A stretch of DNA of 56,648 nucleotides, taken from the NCBI GenBank assembly GCA_016180085.1, contig JACPBX010000005.1, positions 1 through 56,648 on the forward strand. The letters run 5' to 3'. Below are positions 46,997 to 55,286 of this stretch, in pieces (within the stretch, counting starts at the first letter, position 1; the number at the start of each line of letters is the position of its first letter). The stretch comes from Candidatus Woesearchaeota archaeon. Lineage in GTDB: Archaea; Nanobdellota; Nanobdellia; Woesearchaeales; UBA10216. The notes under the pieces were generated by a model, which saw only the letters and a program-made list of their open reading frames with translations, was not told the origin of the DNA and did no database searches. A program made the position numbers and the translations under genes.

Positions 46997-47147
46997 CTGC
47001 ACCAATTTTTTATGTGAACCAGTTATGTAAACGCTTATATTTAAACTTAACTGTTTTTTGTTTTTCCGGGAATTTTTTGGTAAAAAGTTTTGATAAATTT
47101 CTTTCAAAAGCCGCCTTTATCTGATTTTTATCTAATTTTTCGCAACA

Positions 47148-48113
47148 TCATTCAAAAAAATAATCATTGGACGCTATCAGGAGAGGGAAAATCACAGCTG
47201 CATCGCCGTAAATTGTGACGTCCCTGGCATTTTCGCTGATTTTCCCCCAGGATTTTGCCTCGCTTGTCGTAGCCCCTGACAATGAGCCGTGGTATGGCGA
47301 GCTGCTGTTGACGTAAATGGCGTAGTCAAGGCCTCCGCCAAGAATGTTTGAAATTATTGTGTGGTGCTTTGCTATGCCTCCGCCAAGTATTATCGCGCCG
47401 ACTTTCCCGCTTCCACTCTTTTTCGCGGAAATTGCGAAGTCAATTGCCTCAATTGCGCCTTTAAGCTCGTTCACCCTGAAATCCGGGTGCGTCTGCTGGA
47501 AAAACGCGAGTTGCAGCCCAACCGCGCCATCGGTTATTCCCGGGCAGAATATTGGAATGCTGTTCCGAGCAGCGTGGTAAACGAATGAGTCTTCAGTGTC
47601 AAGGTTCATGCCAATCTGCCTTATCAGTTCTGTTACCGTAAATTCGTGGCTGGTGCTGGTGTTATGGATTTTTTTCAGGACCTCAGCCATTTTTTCTTCC
47701 AGATACTCGTAGCATTCATTTGGCACGAATATGCTTCCCATCCTGTTGATGCCTTTCCTGCCAAGCTCGGCATCGTCCGCCTCAAACGTGCCCTGAAAAT
47801 AAGGCATTTTTGCCCTGGCGATGTCCTCGTCAAGCGCGCCGCTGCTTACCACAAGGGCATGCACCTTTTTTCTTTTGACCAGGTCTGTTATTATGCCGCG
47901 AATGCCTGATGCGGAAATGTTCGATGTGAAGCTCAGAAATATCGTTGCCTTGTCATTAACCATCTTGGCCAGAATTTCGGCAGCGGTTGCAATATTGTGC
48001 GTCTGGAATCCCGAGTTTTTGAGCTGCCGCACTAATTCAGCAACTGGCATGCCTTTCCTGAGCCGGATATCGGCAATTGGAGGAAGATTAAGGTTGCCGT
48101 CGTTGCTTTCCAT
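47148..48113 (-). CDS. dhs: Deoxyhypusine synthase family protein (likely start ATG 48113)
   Basis: SFTSNI..SG.R, G..DED, IFCPGITDG, LGGGIAKHH, SLSGA..SEA.SWGK (catalytic Lys present). Confidence 0.93.
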   Translation of the reverse strand: MESNDGNLNLPPIADIRLRKGMPVAELVRQLKNSGFQTHNIATAAEILAKMVNDKATIFLSFTSNISASGIRGIITDLVKRKKVHALVVSSGALDEDIARAKMPYFQGTFEADDAELGRKGINRMGSIFVPNECYEYLEEKMAEVLKKIHNTSTSHEFTVTELIRQIGMNLDTEDSFVYHAARNSIPIFCPGITDGAVGLQLAFFQQTHPDFRVNELKGAIEAIDFAISAKKSGSGKVGAIILGGGIAKHHTIISNILGGGLDYAIYVNSSSPYHGSLSGATTSEAKSWGKISENARDVTIYGDAAVIFPLLIASNDYFFE

Positions 48114-48283
48114 GTTGCCAGTCAGCAAAGCCCGATGTTATATAAAATTTACCAAAAAAAACATTAAATCAAAAAATACCTGGGCAAATCCGAAAGGACA
48201 CTGATAGAAAACTATTTATACTTAATTCTTAAAAGTTTTAGTTAGGTTGAGAGTGTTGTTGGGTGTGCAGGGCTGATTTGTAA

Positions 48284-48763
48284 ATGAAAAGCGCAAGGAA
48301 GGTCTTGAGTGATACGCCTCTTTTCGAACTGACACTGAGGAAGTATGAAAAGCCCCAGTCAAGGAAGGAGCGCGAACTCATAAAGAGGCTTTGCCTCAGC
48401 CTTGGCTTGCTGCAGCCGGGCGATTCAAGGGATGTTATCGTTGACGTTCTCCATGTCCTCTTCAAGGGCAGGAAGAAAAAGCAGCTTCTCAGCGTTGAAG
48501 AGCTGGAAAAGAAGGTTATAATCAACAGGAAGCTTCACAAGCTACAGCTCCAGGGCATTGCGCCTTCGAACATAAGGCGCCAGCTGAAGCGGCTCAGGAA
48601 CCTTATGCTTGTTGAGAAGGTCAAAAGCAGGTACAGGATCACGGAGTTTCTCGGGCTTTCGGATATTTTCAGCGAAAAAATCGAGAAGTTCCTCCTTCAG
48701 GGGGTTATGCAGCGCGTGAAGGAATACCTCACATCAGTTGATGAGCTCTTTGCCAAAAGGTGA
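48284..48763 (+). CDS. Conserved hypothetical winged-helix protein
   Basis: ELTLRKYEKP, LCLSLGLLQPGDSRDVIVDVL, SNIRRQLKRL..L.LVEK....YRI wHTH pattern. Confidence 0.75.
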   Translation: MKSARKVLSDTPLFELTLRKYEKPQSRKERELIKRLCLSLGLLQPGDSRDVIVDVLHVLFKGRKKKQLLSVEELEKKVIINRKLHKLQLQGIAPSNIRRQLKRLRNLMLVEKVKSRYRITEFLGLSDIFSEKIEKFLLQGVMQRVKEYLTSVDELFAKR

Positions 48764-48811
48764 GTTCCGTCGTAAAAATAGCAAGATTTAAATAGAAGTA
48801 TGCGCAAAAGA

Positions 48812-48935
48812 AAATTCTCTCCTCGAGAAAATTGGGAAGAAAGGAGTCTCAGCGAGGAGAAAAATGTCGCGCTAAACGCGAAACCCAAATCGGTAGTGCC
48901 GATTGGGCCCAGTCGCAGCGGCGACTTGGGCAACA
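48812..48935 (+). ncRNA. Candidate structured 5' leader RNA with four stem-loops
   Basis: TCTCCTCG(48818-25)/CGAGGAGA(48853-60); TCGCG-CTAAA-CGCGA (48867-81); CCC(A)AATCGG-TAGTG-CCGATTGGG (48884-907); CCCAGTCGC-AGCG-GCGAC(T)TGGG (48908-30); follows TATA ATTTAAAT (~48786-93). Confidence 0.6.
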
Positions 48936-48963
48936 ATAAAATAAAAAATCGGGGGTGTAAGGG

Positions 48964-49194
48964 ATGGCACAGAAAGTTGCTAAAGCAGGCGTTAGGAAGC
49001 AGAACGGCTACCTCTATTTCGTGGACAAGAGGGGGAACGTTGCCAGGGCCAAGATGGTCAGGGGCGGAAAGAAGAAAGGAGCCCAGAAGCAGGAAGTAGT
49101 TGCCAAGGTCGGAGTAAGGAAGGAAAAGGGATACCTTTACTTCATCGACAAGCAGGGCGACATCTCCAGGGCCAAGATGGCCAGGGGAAGGTAA
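48964..49194 (+). CDS. Small basic protein made of two 31-aa repeats (candidate nucleic-acid-binding protein)
   Basis: KVAKAGVRKQNGYLYFVDKRGNVARAKMVRG / VVAKVGVRKEKGYLYFIDKQGDISRAKMARG (21/31 identical); GGGGGTG SD. Confidence 0.85.
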   Translation: MAQKVAKAGVRKQNGYLYFVDKRGNVARAKMVRGGKKKGAQKQEVVAKVGVRKEKGYLYFIDKQGDISRAKMARGR

Positions 49195-49255
49195 GAAGGC
49201 TTACTGATTCGGCTTTTTCTTTTATTTTTCTTTATTTTATCTTATTCACAATTGT
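49195..49255 (+). terminator. T-rich terminator
   Basis: Long T-tract (CTTTTTCTTTTATTTTTCTTTATTTT) right after the stop, with a weak AAGGC/GCTTT stem. Confidence 0.6.
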
Positions 49256-49300
49256 AGCTGTGAACCTTTCCCGCAGCAAAAAATCAAATCACAGAATTCC

Positions 49301-49969
49301 CTATTTTTTCTTTCCCGCTGCTGATGGAGTGCCCCTGAGGCTGCTGATTGCCGCAAGAGGGTCTGTGCTTTCGTAGATGTATGAGCCTGCTACCAGGATG
49401 TCGGCTCCCGCAGCTATAACCTGCCTGGCCGTATCACCGTTTATACCGCCATCAACCTCTATCTCGACGTCAAGCTTTGCCTTGTCAATCATCTGCCTGA
49501 GCGCCTTAATCTTCGGCAGCATGCTTTTTATGAAGGACTGGCCCCCGAAGCCCGGGTTTACGGTCATGATGAGAACCATGTCTATATCCTGCAGGACATG
49601 GTCCAGAACGGTTAGCGGTGTGGACGGGTTAAGCGCGACTCCAGCCTTTGCGCCTTTTTTCTTGATATTGCTTATTGTCCTGTTGAGGTGCACTGCAGTC
49701 TCTGCGTGCACGGTAAGGAGGTTTGCGCCTGCGTCAATGAATTGCTCAACGTAGTTGTCCGGGTTTTCCACCATGAGGTGCACGTCAAAAGGCAGCTTGG
49801 TCACGACCCTGATGCTCCTGACGACTGGCGGCCCGAACGTTATGTTTGGCACGAAATGCCCGTCCATGACGTCAACGTGCAGCATGTCAACGTATTTCTC
49901 AACCCGCCTTATCTCGTCAGCAAGCTTGCCGAAGTCGGCAGAAAGTATTGAAGGCGCAATTTTCACCAT
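49301..49969 (-). CDS. rpe: Ribulose-phosphate 3-epimerase
   Basis: IAPSILSADF, HVDVMDGHFVPN, DVHLMV, MTVNPGFGGQ, EVDGG, VAGS. Confidence 0.97.
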   Translation of the reverse strand: MVKIAPSILSADFGKLADEIRRVEKYVDMLHVDVMDGHFVPNITFGPPVVRSIRVVTKLPFDVHLMVENPDNYVEQFIDAGANLLTVHAETAVHLNRTISNIKKKGAKAGVALNPSTPLTVLDHVLQDIDMVLIMTVNPGFGGQSFIKSMLPKIKALRQMIDKAKLDVEIEVDGGINGDTARQVIAAGADILVAGSYIYESTDPLAAISSLRGTPSAAGKKK

Positions 49970-50107
49970 GCAATCTTCACCATCTTTTTCACCCTACCTG
50001 TTGGAGTTATCGCTCTACTGCTATTATTTAAAGCTTATTGCTGCCGCAGCAGCGACTTATGCATAGACAAAAATATTTATAAACCCTTTTTTGAAACTAC
50101 GCGGTAG

Positions 50108-50860
50108 ATGACAAACGGCACTAAAAACAGCTCTAACCAGGCCAATACGGCAAACCCGAATCCTTCGCATGTCGCCATAATCCTCGACGGCAACCGAAGG
50201 TTTGCCAAAAGGCTGATGCTGAAGCCCTGGATGGGGCACGAGTGGGGCAGGAAGAAGGTAGAGAAGCTGCTGGACTGGTGCGTTGAGCTCGGGATAAAGG
50301 AGTTGACACTGTATGCTTTTTCTGTTGATAACTTCAACAGGCCAAAAGAGGAATTTGACTACATTATGAAGCTCTTTAAGGAGGCCTGTGAGCAGCTCAG
50401 AACAGACAAGCGGCTGCAGGAAAAGGGCAATAAAATGGGCATAAGAATGAGGTTCCTTGGCAGGCTTGAGATGTTTCCTGAAGTCGTAAGGAAGCTGATG
50501 CGCGAGCTGATGGAAAAAACAGCAAAAAACAGAGGCCTTATTGTCAATTTCTGCATGGCTTACGGCGGCAGGCAGGAGATAGCCGATGCGGCAAGAAAAA
50601 TTATGGGCGATGTCGAGAGTGGCAAATTGGCAGCATCTGATGTGAATGAGGAAACGTTCAAGAAATACCTTTACATGCCCGATGACCCCGACCTGATAAT
50701 AAGGACAGGCGGCGAAAAAAGGCTGAGCGGCTTCCTGCTTTACCAGTCGTCCTATTCGGAGCTTTTCTTCCTGGAAAAAATGTGGCCTGAATTCGAAAAG
50801 GAGGACCTCGTGCAGGTTATTGAGGAGTTCAGGCAGAGGCACAGAAGGTTTGGAAAGTAA
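50108..50860 (+). CDS. uppS: cis-prenyltransferase (undecaprenyl-diphosphate synthase family)
   Basis: HVAIILDGNRR, LYAFS.DNF.RP..E, YGGRQEI, DLIIRTGGEKRLSGFLLYQ..YSEL. Confidence 0.95.
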   Translation: MTNGTKNSSNQANTANPNPSHVAIILDGNRRFAKRLMLKPWMGHEWGRKKVEKLLDWCVELGIKELTLYAFSVDNFNRPKEEFDYIMKLFKEACEQLRTDKRLQEKGNKMGIRMRFLGRLEMFPEVVRKLMRELMEKTAKNRGLIVNFCMAYGGRQEIADAARKIMGDVESGKLAASDVNEETFKKYLYMPDDPDLIIRTGGEKRLSGFLLYQSSYSELFFLEKMWPEFEKEDLVQVIEEFRQRHRRFGK

Positions 50861-50865
50861 GAATT

Positions 50866-51915
50866 CTAAACTGACCTGCTTAGCAGCAGCTGCGACAGCT
50901 CTTTCAGCTGGTTCTTGGCTTCTGAATCAGGCAATGCTGCCTCTGCACCTTCCCATGCTTCTTGAACAAGCCTTGTTGCGGTTTTCTTTGCATACTCTAT
51001 AGAATTGTGGCTTTTTATTATTGCTATGGCCTCTTTCAGCAGCTTGTCATCCTTGGTATGCATATTCAGTATTTCAAAAAGCCTTGTTTTTTGTGCTTCT
51101 CCCGCAGCATTTAGGGCATGTATAACCAAAAGTGTCCTTTTGCCTTCCTTGATATCGTCGCCAAGCTTTTTTCCAATGCTTTCGTGCTCTGAGATGTTAA
51201 GGATATCGTCTTGTATCTGGAACACTACTCCGACCGTTTCCCCAAATTTGCCAAGGGCTTCCATCTGCTTTTCACTGCCACTGCCAAGAAGCGCTCCGAG
51301 CTTTGCAGCCATGCAGGCAAGCGAGCCGCTCTTGTTAGCGCACATCTGAAGGTATTCCTCTTCACTCGGGATTCGCTCTGATTTTCCGCTGTGCCACCAT
51401 ATGTCAATTGCCTGCCCAAAGTGACACTTTAACAGCTGTGTGCTTATTACCTCATAAGCCCTCTGTTTTGTTGTTTCTGGCAGGTCAGAATTCTGTATTG
51501 CAATGTAAGGGAGGAAGTATATCGCGTTGCCTGCGTTTACTGCAATATCAACGCCAAATATTTTATGCAGCACAGGCTTTCCTCTTCTCAAATCAGAATT
51601 ATCTTCTATATCATCAACAATAAGCGTTCCATTATGGATAAGCTCTGGAATAACTGTGAATGGCAGAATCGTGGAAGGCTTTCCTCCAACGATCTCACAG
51701 CATATGAGCATTAGCACAGGCCTCCACCTCTTTCCTCCTCTTGCGAGAAAGTCCCACACAGGCTCGCTGATGGTTTTTGTCAGGGCTTCTGTGTCCTGCC
51801 TCCATTTTGCTTTCCCAATGGCTTTCTCAGCCCAATCTGCTGTCAGCTTATCAGGCAGGAAGCTCTTGAGCGCCTTTTCAATGTCTTCCCTGTATTTGTA
51901 GCTGCCGAAATCCAT
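50866..51915 (-). CDS. trans-polyprenyl diphosphate synthase (likely start ATG 51915)
   Basis: GGKRWRP, FARM DDIED, RRGKP, GQAID, KSG, FQIQDDILN, D..EGK.T. Confidence 0.93.
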   Translation of the reverse strand: MDFGSYKYREDIEKALKSFLPDKLTADWAEKAIGKAKWRQDTEALTKTISEPVWDFLARGGKRWRPVLMLICCEIVGGKPSTILPFTVIPELIHNGTLIVDDIEDNSDLRRGKPVLHKIFGVDIAVNAGNAIYFLPYIAIQNSDLPETTKQRAYEVISTQLLKCHFGQAIDIWWHSGKSERIPSEEEYLQMCANKSGSLACMAAKLGALLGSGSEKQMEALGKFGETVGVVFQIQDDILNISEHESIGKKLGDDIKEGKRTLLVIHALNAAGEAQKTRLFEILNMHTKDDKLLKEAIAIIKSHNSIEYAKKTATRLVQEAWEGAEAALPDSEAKNQLKELSQLLLSRSV

Positions 51916-51947
51916 GCGTCCCGACAACTGCAGGGGCTTAATATACT

Positions 51948-51969
51948 TTTTGGCAAAGTTTTGGCAAAG
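51948..51969. repeat. Perfect 11-bp tandem repeat in the prenyltransferase promoter
   Basis: TTTTGGCAAAG x2, immediately upstream (minus strand) of the TATA element. Confidence 0.8.
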
Positions 51970-51981
51970 AATTCAACACTT

Positions 51982-52245
51982 TTATCTTATCTTGTAGTCC
52001 TTGAGTTCCTTAATTTTCTCTTTTCCTTTGCTGTTGTCGCCAGTGTGGCCGCCAATGTGAACCTGCTGCTTACTAACGACGCCAATCTTAGCAAAAGTAT
52101 ACAGGCCCAAAAACAAAATTGAGGCTGCGGCTATTATTAAAGCGAACAGCGGAACGAGGAAAGCCATTATGAGCCCCAGCACCAGGAGAAGCGGGATGAA
52201 GAAAATCATTGCCACGATGTTTGAAGCTGAGAATCTTATCATCAT
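51982..52245 (-). CDS. Small two-TM membrane protein
   Basis: Long hydrophobic N-half and a polar basic tail. Confidence 0.65.
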   Translation of the reverse strand: MMIRFSASNIVAMIFFIPLLLVLGLIMAFLVPLFALIIAAASILFLGLYTFAKIGVVSKQQVHIGGHTGDNSKGKEKIKELKDYKIR

Positions 52246-52276
52246 GCCGGCATCAGCATTGAGTTTTGTGCCTTAT

Positions 52277-52471
52277 TTACGCCTTATACTTGTAAATGTA
52301 CTGGTTTGCCCTTCCTGCCTTCTTGAACAGAACCTGCTTGCTCTTCCTGAGCTTTGACAGGTTGTTTATGACAGAGCCTGTTGACACCTTAAGGTTCTTG
52401 GCAATCTCCTTAGAAGTGAACCACTTTGTCCTATGCTTTTTTAAAAAGTCGCTTACTTCCTGCTGTCCCAT
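52277..52471 (-). CDS. Small winged-helix protein
   Basis: MGQQEV.DFLK...KWFTSKEIA..L..S.GSV..NL.KLRK. Confidence 0.8.
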   Translation of the reverse strand: MGQQEVSDFLKKHRTKWFTSKEIAKNLKVSTGSVINNLSKLRKSKQVLFKKAGRANQYIYKYKA

Positions 52472-52600
52472 ATTTGTTCTCTGGTATGGCGCTGCACGCT
52501 AATATTTAAACCTAGTGGTTTTTGCGGGTTTAGGCTGGCTTCTCAGACAAGCGCACTGTAACGGAAAATTTTAATACGCTAGCATACCTCCCACTGCATA

Positions 52601-53308
52601 ATGGTTAAGCGCCTTTCTGAACCGGGCAGGTTTGCGGTTGTGGGTCATGAGGCTATGGAAGTGGCGGATGTAGACGACCCCTTCGACTATGCTGCCCTTC
52701 GTGCTCTTGTAATTGCTACAACCCCAAAAACGCATTCCGATATTCTGTTTTATGATGACATAAAAGGTGCTGCCGATCCGTATGTGCTTCTTCCTCCAGA
52801 GGTTGAGCCGAAGTACCCACATGAGCTGCGAGAGGCTGCCGCTAGCGATTTGGTTCTTGTGGTTGACAGGGTGCTCAGATACCTTTCTCTTCCAGCAAAT
52901 CTTCCTGCAGACTCTAACCACGACTTGGCGCAGGTTTTGGAAGATTACAGAAAGCTTGTAGGTTTATTAGACGAAGTGCGCCATAAGGCGACAGCTGAAC
53001 TTCTTATGAGTTTAAAGCTGCAAGGGTATCGCCTTCGTGACCTGCATTTGCTGCCTGATGTGCTGTCAGAGCAAAGCCCTGAAGTTGCTGCTGACGTGGA
53101 AACGGCGCTTGGGCATCAGGGTGCAGTCAGGGCTTTCATGAATATATTTACGAATGACGACTTGGAAAGCCGGCTTGCGGCTTTTGATAAAGCCCATCTG
53201 GCTGCAAGGCTGCCTGACGGCGCTTACGTTGCAACTATGGAAGGCAGGGATTCTTATCTGCGTTCATCTTTTTCTAATGGCTTGCTCTATGCACAAAACC
53301 TGTTATAA
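52601..53308 (+). CDS. Hypothetical protein (ORFan)
   Basis: 235-aa ORF, TTTTAATA about 25 nt upstream. Confidence 0.6.
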   Translation: MVKRLSEPGRFAVVGHEAMEVADVDDPFDYAALRALVIATTPKTHSDILFYDDIKGAADPYVLLPPEVEPKYPHELREAAASDLVLVVDRVLRYLSLPANLPADSNHDLAQVLEDYRKLVGLLDEVRHKATAELLMSLKLQGYRLRDLHLLPDVLSEQSPEVAADVETALGHQGAVRAFMNIFTNDDLESRLAAFDKAHLAARLPDGAYVATMEGRDSYLRSSFSNGLLYAQNLL

Positions 53309-53311
53309 ATT

Positions 53312-54514
53312 TCATAGCCGCTGCCGTATTTCATCTACAACCTGCTTCATGAATTTCCCAGAATCCACAGTAAACTGCTCTTTTCCCTTCCTTACCGTTA
53401 CCGTGTTGGCTGCTACCTCTTTCTCGCCAACAACGATTATGTAGTTAACCTTGTCCAATTCAGCTTCCCTTACCTTGTAGGGCACGCTTTCTGCCTTGTC
53501 GTCAACCTCAACCCTTATTCCGGCATCAAAATACTGCTGCAGCAGCTTGCTGGCGTAGTCGTTGAACCGGTCAGCCACTGTTAAAATCCTGACCTGCACA
53601 GGGCTCAGCCACAGCGGGAACTTGCCTGCGTAGTGCTCGGTAAGCACGCCAATCAGCCTTTCAAGGCTGCCCAAAATGGCGCGGTGAATCATTACAGCAG
53701 TGTGCCTCTTCCCATCCTGGCCTTCGTACTCCGCCTCCATCTTCAGGGGCATCTGGAAGTCCAGCTGGATTGTGGCAAGCTGCCAGTCCCTTCCAATTGC
53801 GTCCCTAACGTCAAAGTCTATCTTAGGGCCGTAGAACGCCCCCTCACCGGGCTTGACCTCGTATTTCAGCTTGCTTGCCTTAAGGGCTTCTTCAAGGGCC
53901 TTTTCAGCCATGGCCCACAGCTGCAGGTCGCCCATAAACTTCTCAGGCCTTGTGCTCAGCTTTGTCCTGAACTCGAACTTCAGCGTATCCACGAAAACAA
54001 ATTTCACAAAGTCCAGAAGCTGCATTATTTCAGAGTTAATCTGCTCAGTTGTGCAGAAGATGTGGGCATCGTCCTGTGAGAACTTCCTGACTCTTGTCAG
54101 GCCTGCAAGCACGCCCCTGAGCTCGTTCCTGTGCAGCGCACAGAAATCAGCAATCCTCAGCGGCAATTCGCGGTAGCTCCTGGTCCTGTTCTTGAAAATC
54201 AGCACGTGGCTTGGGCAGTTCATGGATTTCAGGCTAAACTCCTCGCCGTCAACGCTCATCACGAACATGTTTTCCTTGTAATGCTGCCAGTGCCCTGACT
54301 GTTCCCATAAAGCCTTGTTGAACAGCTGGGGCGTTATGACCTCCTTATAGCCCCTCTTGACATATTCCTTCCTGATAAAACTGATGAGCTCGTTGTAGAT
54401 TATCGCCCCTTTTGGCAGGAAAAACGCGCTTCCAGGGCTCCAGTCATGGAACATGAAGAGCTCAAGCTCCTTCCCAAGCTTTCTGTGGTCCCTCTTTTCA
54501 GCTTCCTGCAGCAT
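53312..54514 (-). CDS. thrS: ThrRS catalytic plus anticodon-binding domains (intact ORF)
   Basis: KRDHRKLG, MNCP.H, RNE..G.L.GLTRVR.F.QDDAH, GAFYGPKID, TIQLDF, HRAILGS.ER, WLSPVQV. Confidence 0.9.
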   Translation of the reverse strand: MLQEAEKRDHRKLGKELELFMFHDWSPGSAFFLPKGAIIYNELISFIRKEYVKRGYKEVITPQLFNKALWEQSGHWQHYKENMFVMSVDGEEFSLKSMNCPSHVLIFKNRTRSYRELPLRIADFCALHRNELRGVLAGLTRVRKFSQDDAHIFCTTEQINSEIMQLLDFVKFVFVDTLKFEFRTKLSTRPEKFMGDLQLWAMAEKALEEALKASKLKYEVKPGEGAFYGPKIDFDVRDAIGRDWQLATIQLDFQMPLKMEAEYEGQDGKRHTAVMIHRAILGSLERLIGVLTEHYAGKFPLWLSPVQVRILTVADRFNDYASKLLQQYFDAGIRVEVDDKAESVPYKVREAELDKVNYIIVVGEKEVAANTVTVRKGKEQFTVDSGKFMKQVVDEIRQRL

Positions 54515-55155
54515 TGCGAAGTAATCGTCAAGTTGCTTCTTTGAAGGAAACGCTATTCCGTAAAGCCGCTGCAGAGGCTTGTTTTTCGCGTCCCCCCTCC
54601 AGTAAGCCCCAGAGATTTTCGTGAGCTTGAATAAACCTTGAGCGCCTCTGCCTTCGCCAGGACCTTTCGGTGGATGTCAAGCTTCTCTGCAACAATCTTG
54701 GCCATCTCAGCCTCAATCTTTTCCAAATCCTGAGGTTTGAACGGGTCATGCTCAAGGTCATAGTAGAAGCCGCTTTCAAACACAGGCCCGATTGTGAGCT
54801 TCGCGAAAGGAAACAGCCTCGTGACAGCCTGTGCCATGACATGGGCTGCCGAGTGCCAGAAAACGCTCTTTCCCTCGGCAGAGTCAAACTTCAGCAGCTG
54901 CAATGCTGCATCAGACTCAATCGGCCTTGTCAGGTCGTAAAGAACGCCATTGACTTTCGCAGCAACAGCCTCTTCAGCCAGTCCGCGGCTTATTCCTTCA
55001 GCTATTTTCAAAGCCGTCGTGCCCTTGGGAAACTCCCTGGAAGCGCCGTCAGGAAAAGTTATTTTTATTTCGCTTTTTCCGTCTTCTTTTTTCTTAGCTG
55101 CAGCCGCTGCAGATTCGGAATTTTTAGCTTCTTTTTTGCCCTTTGCTGTTGCCAT
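53312..55155 (-). pseudogene. thrS: Bacterial-type threonyl-tRNA synthetase split by a deletion and frameshift near 54625-54642
   Basis: The N-terminal ORF (54553-55155) has TGS plus HSAAH and FYYD, then goes out of frame after AEALK; FKLTKISGAYWRGD...LQRLYG continues in the frame of the catalytic ORF; the DLCRGPH segment is absent. Confidence 0.8.
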
Positions 55156-55286
55156 TCAAATCCACACGCCGGCTGCCTACAAATGCAGCCAACAGCAATA
55201 AGCAGCAGCGAGGGGGTATTTATAGGTTTCTGAAATAAAAAGACAAAAAGAAAAGCACCAGCAGCCTACCACTTCTGCTTTTGCTT

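Noticed and set aside
54625-54645. Programmed -1 ribosomal frameshift in thrS
   Set aside because: There is no X XXY YYZ slippery heptamer at the junction, and frameshifting would not restore the ~40 missing codons.
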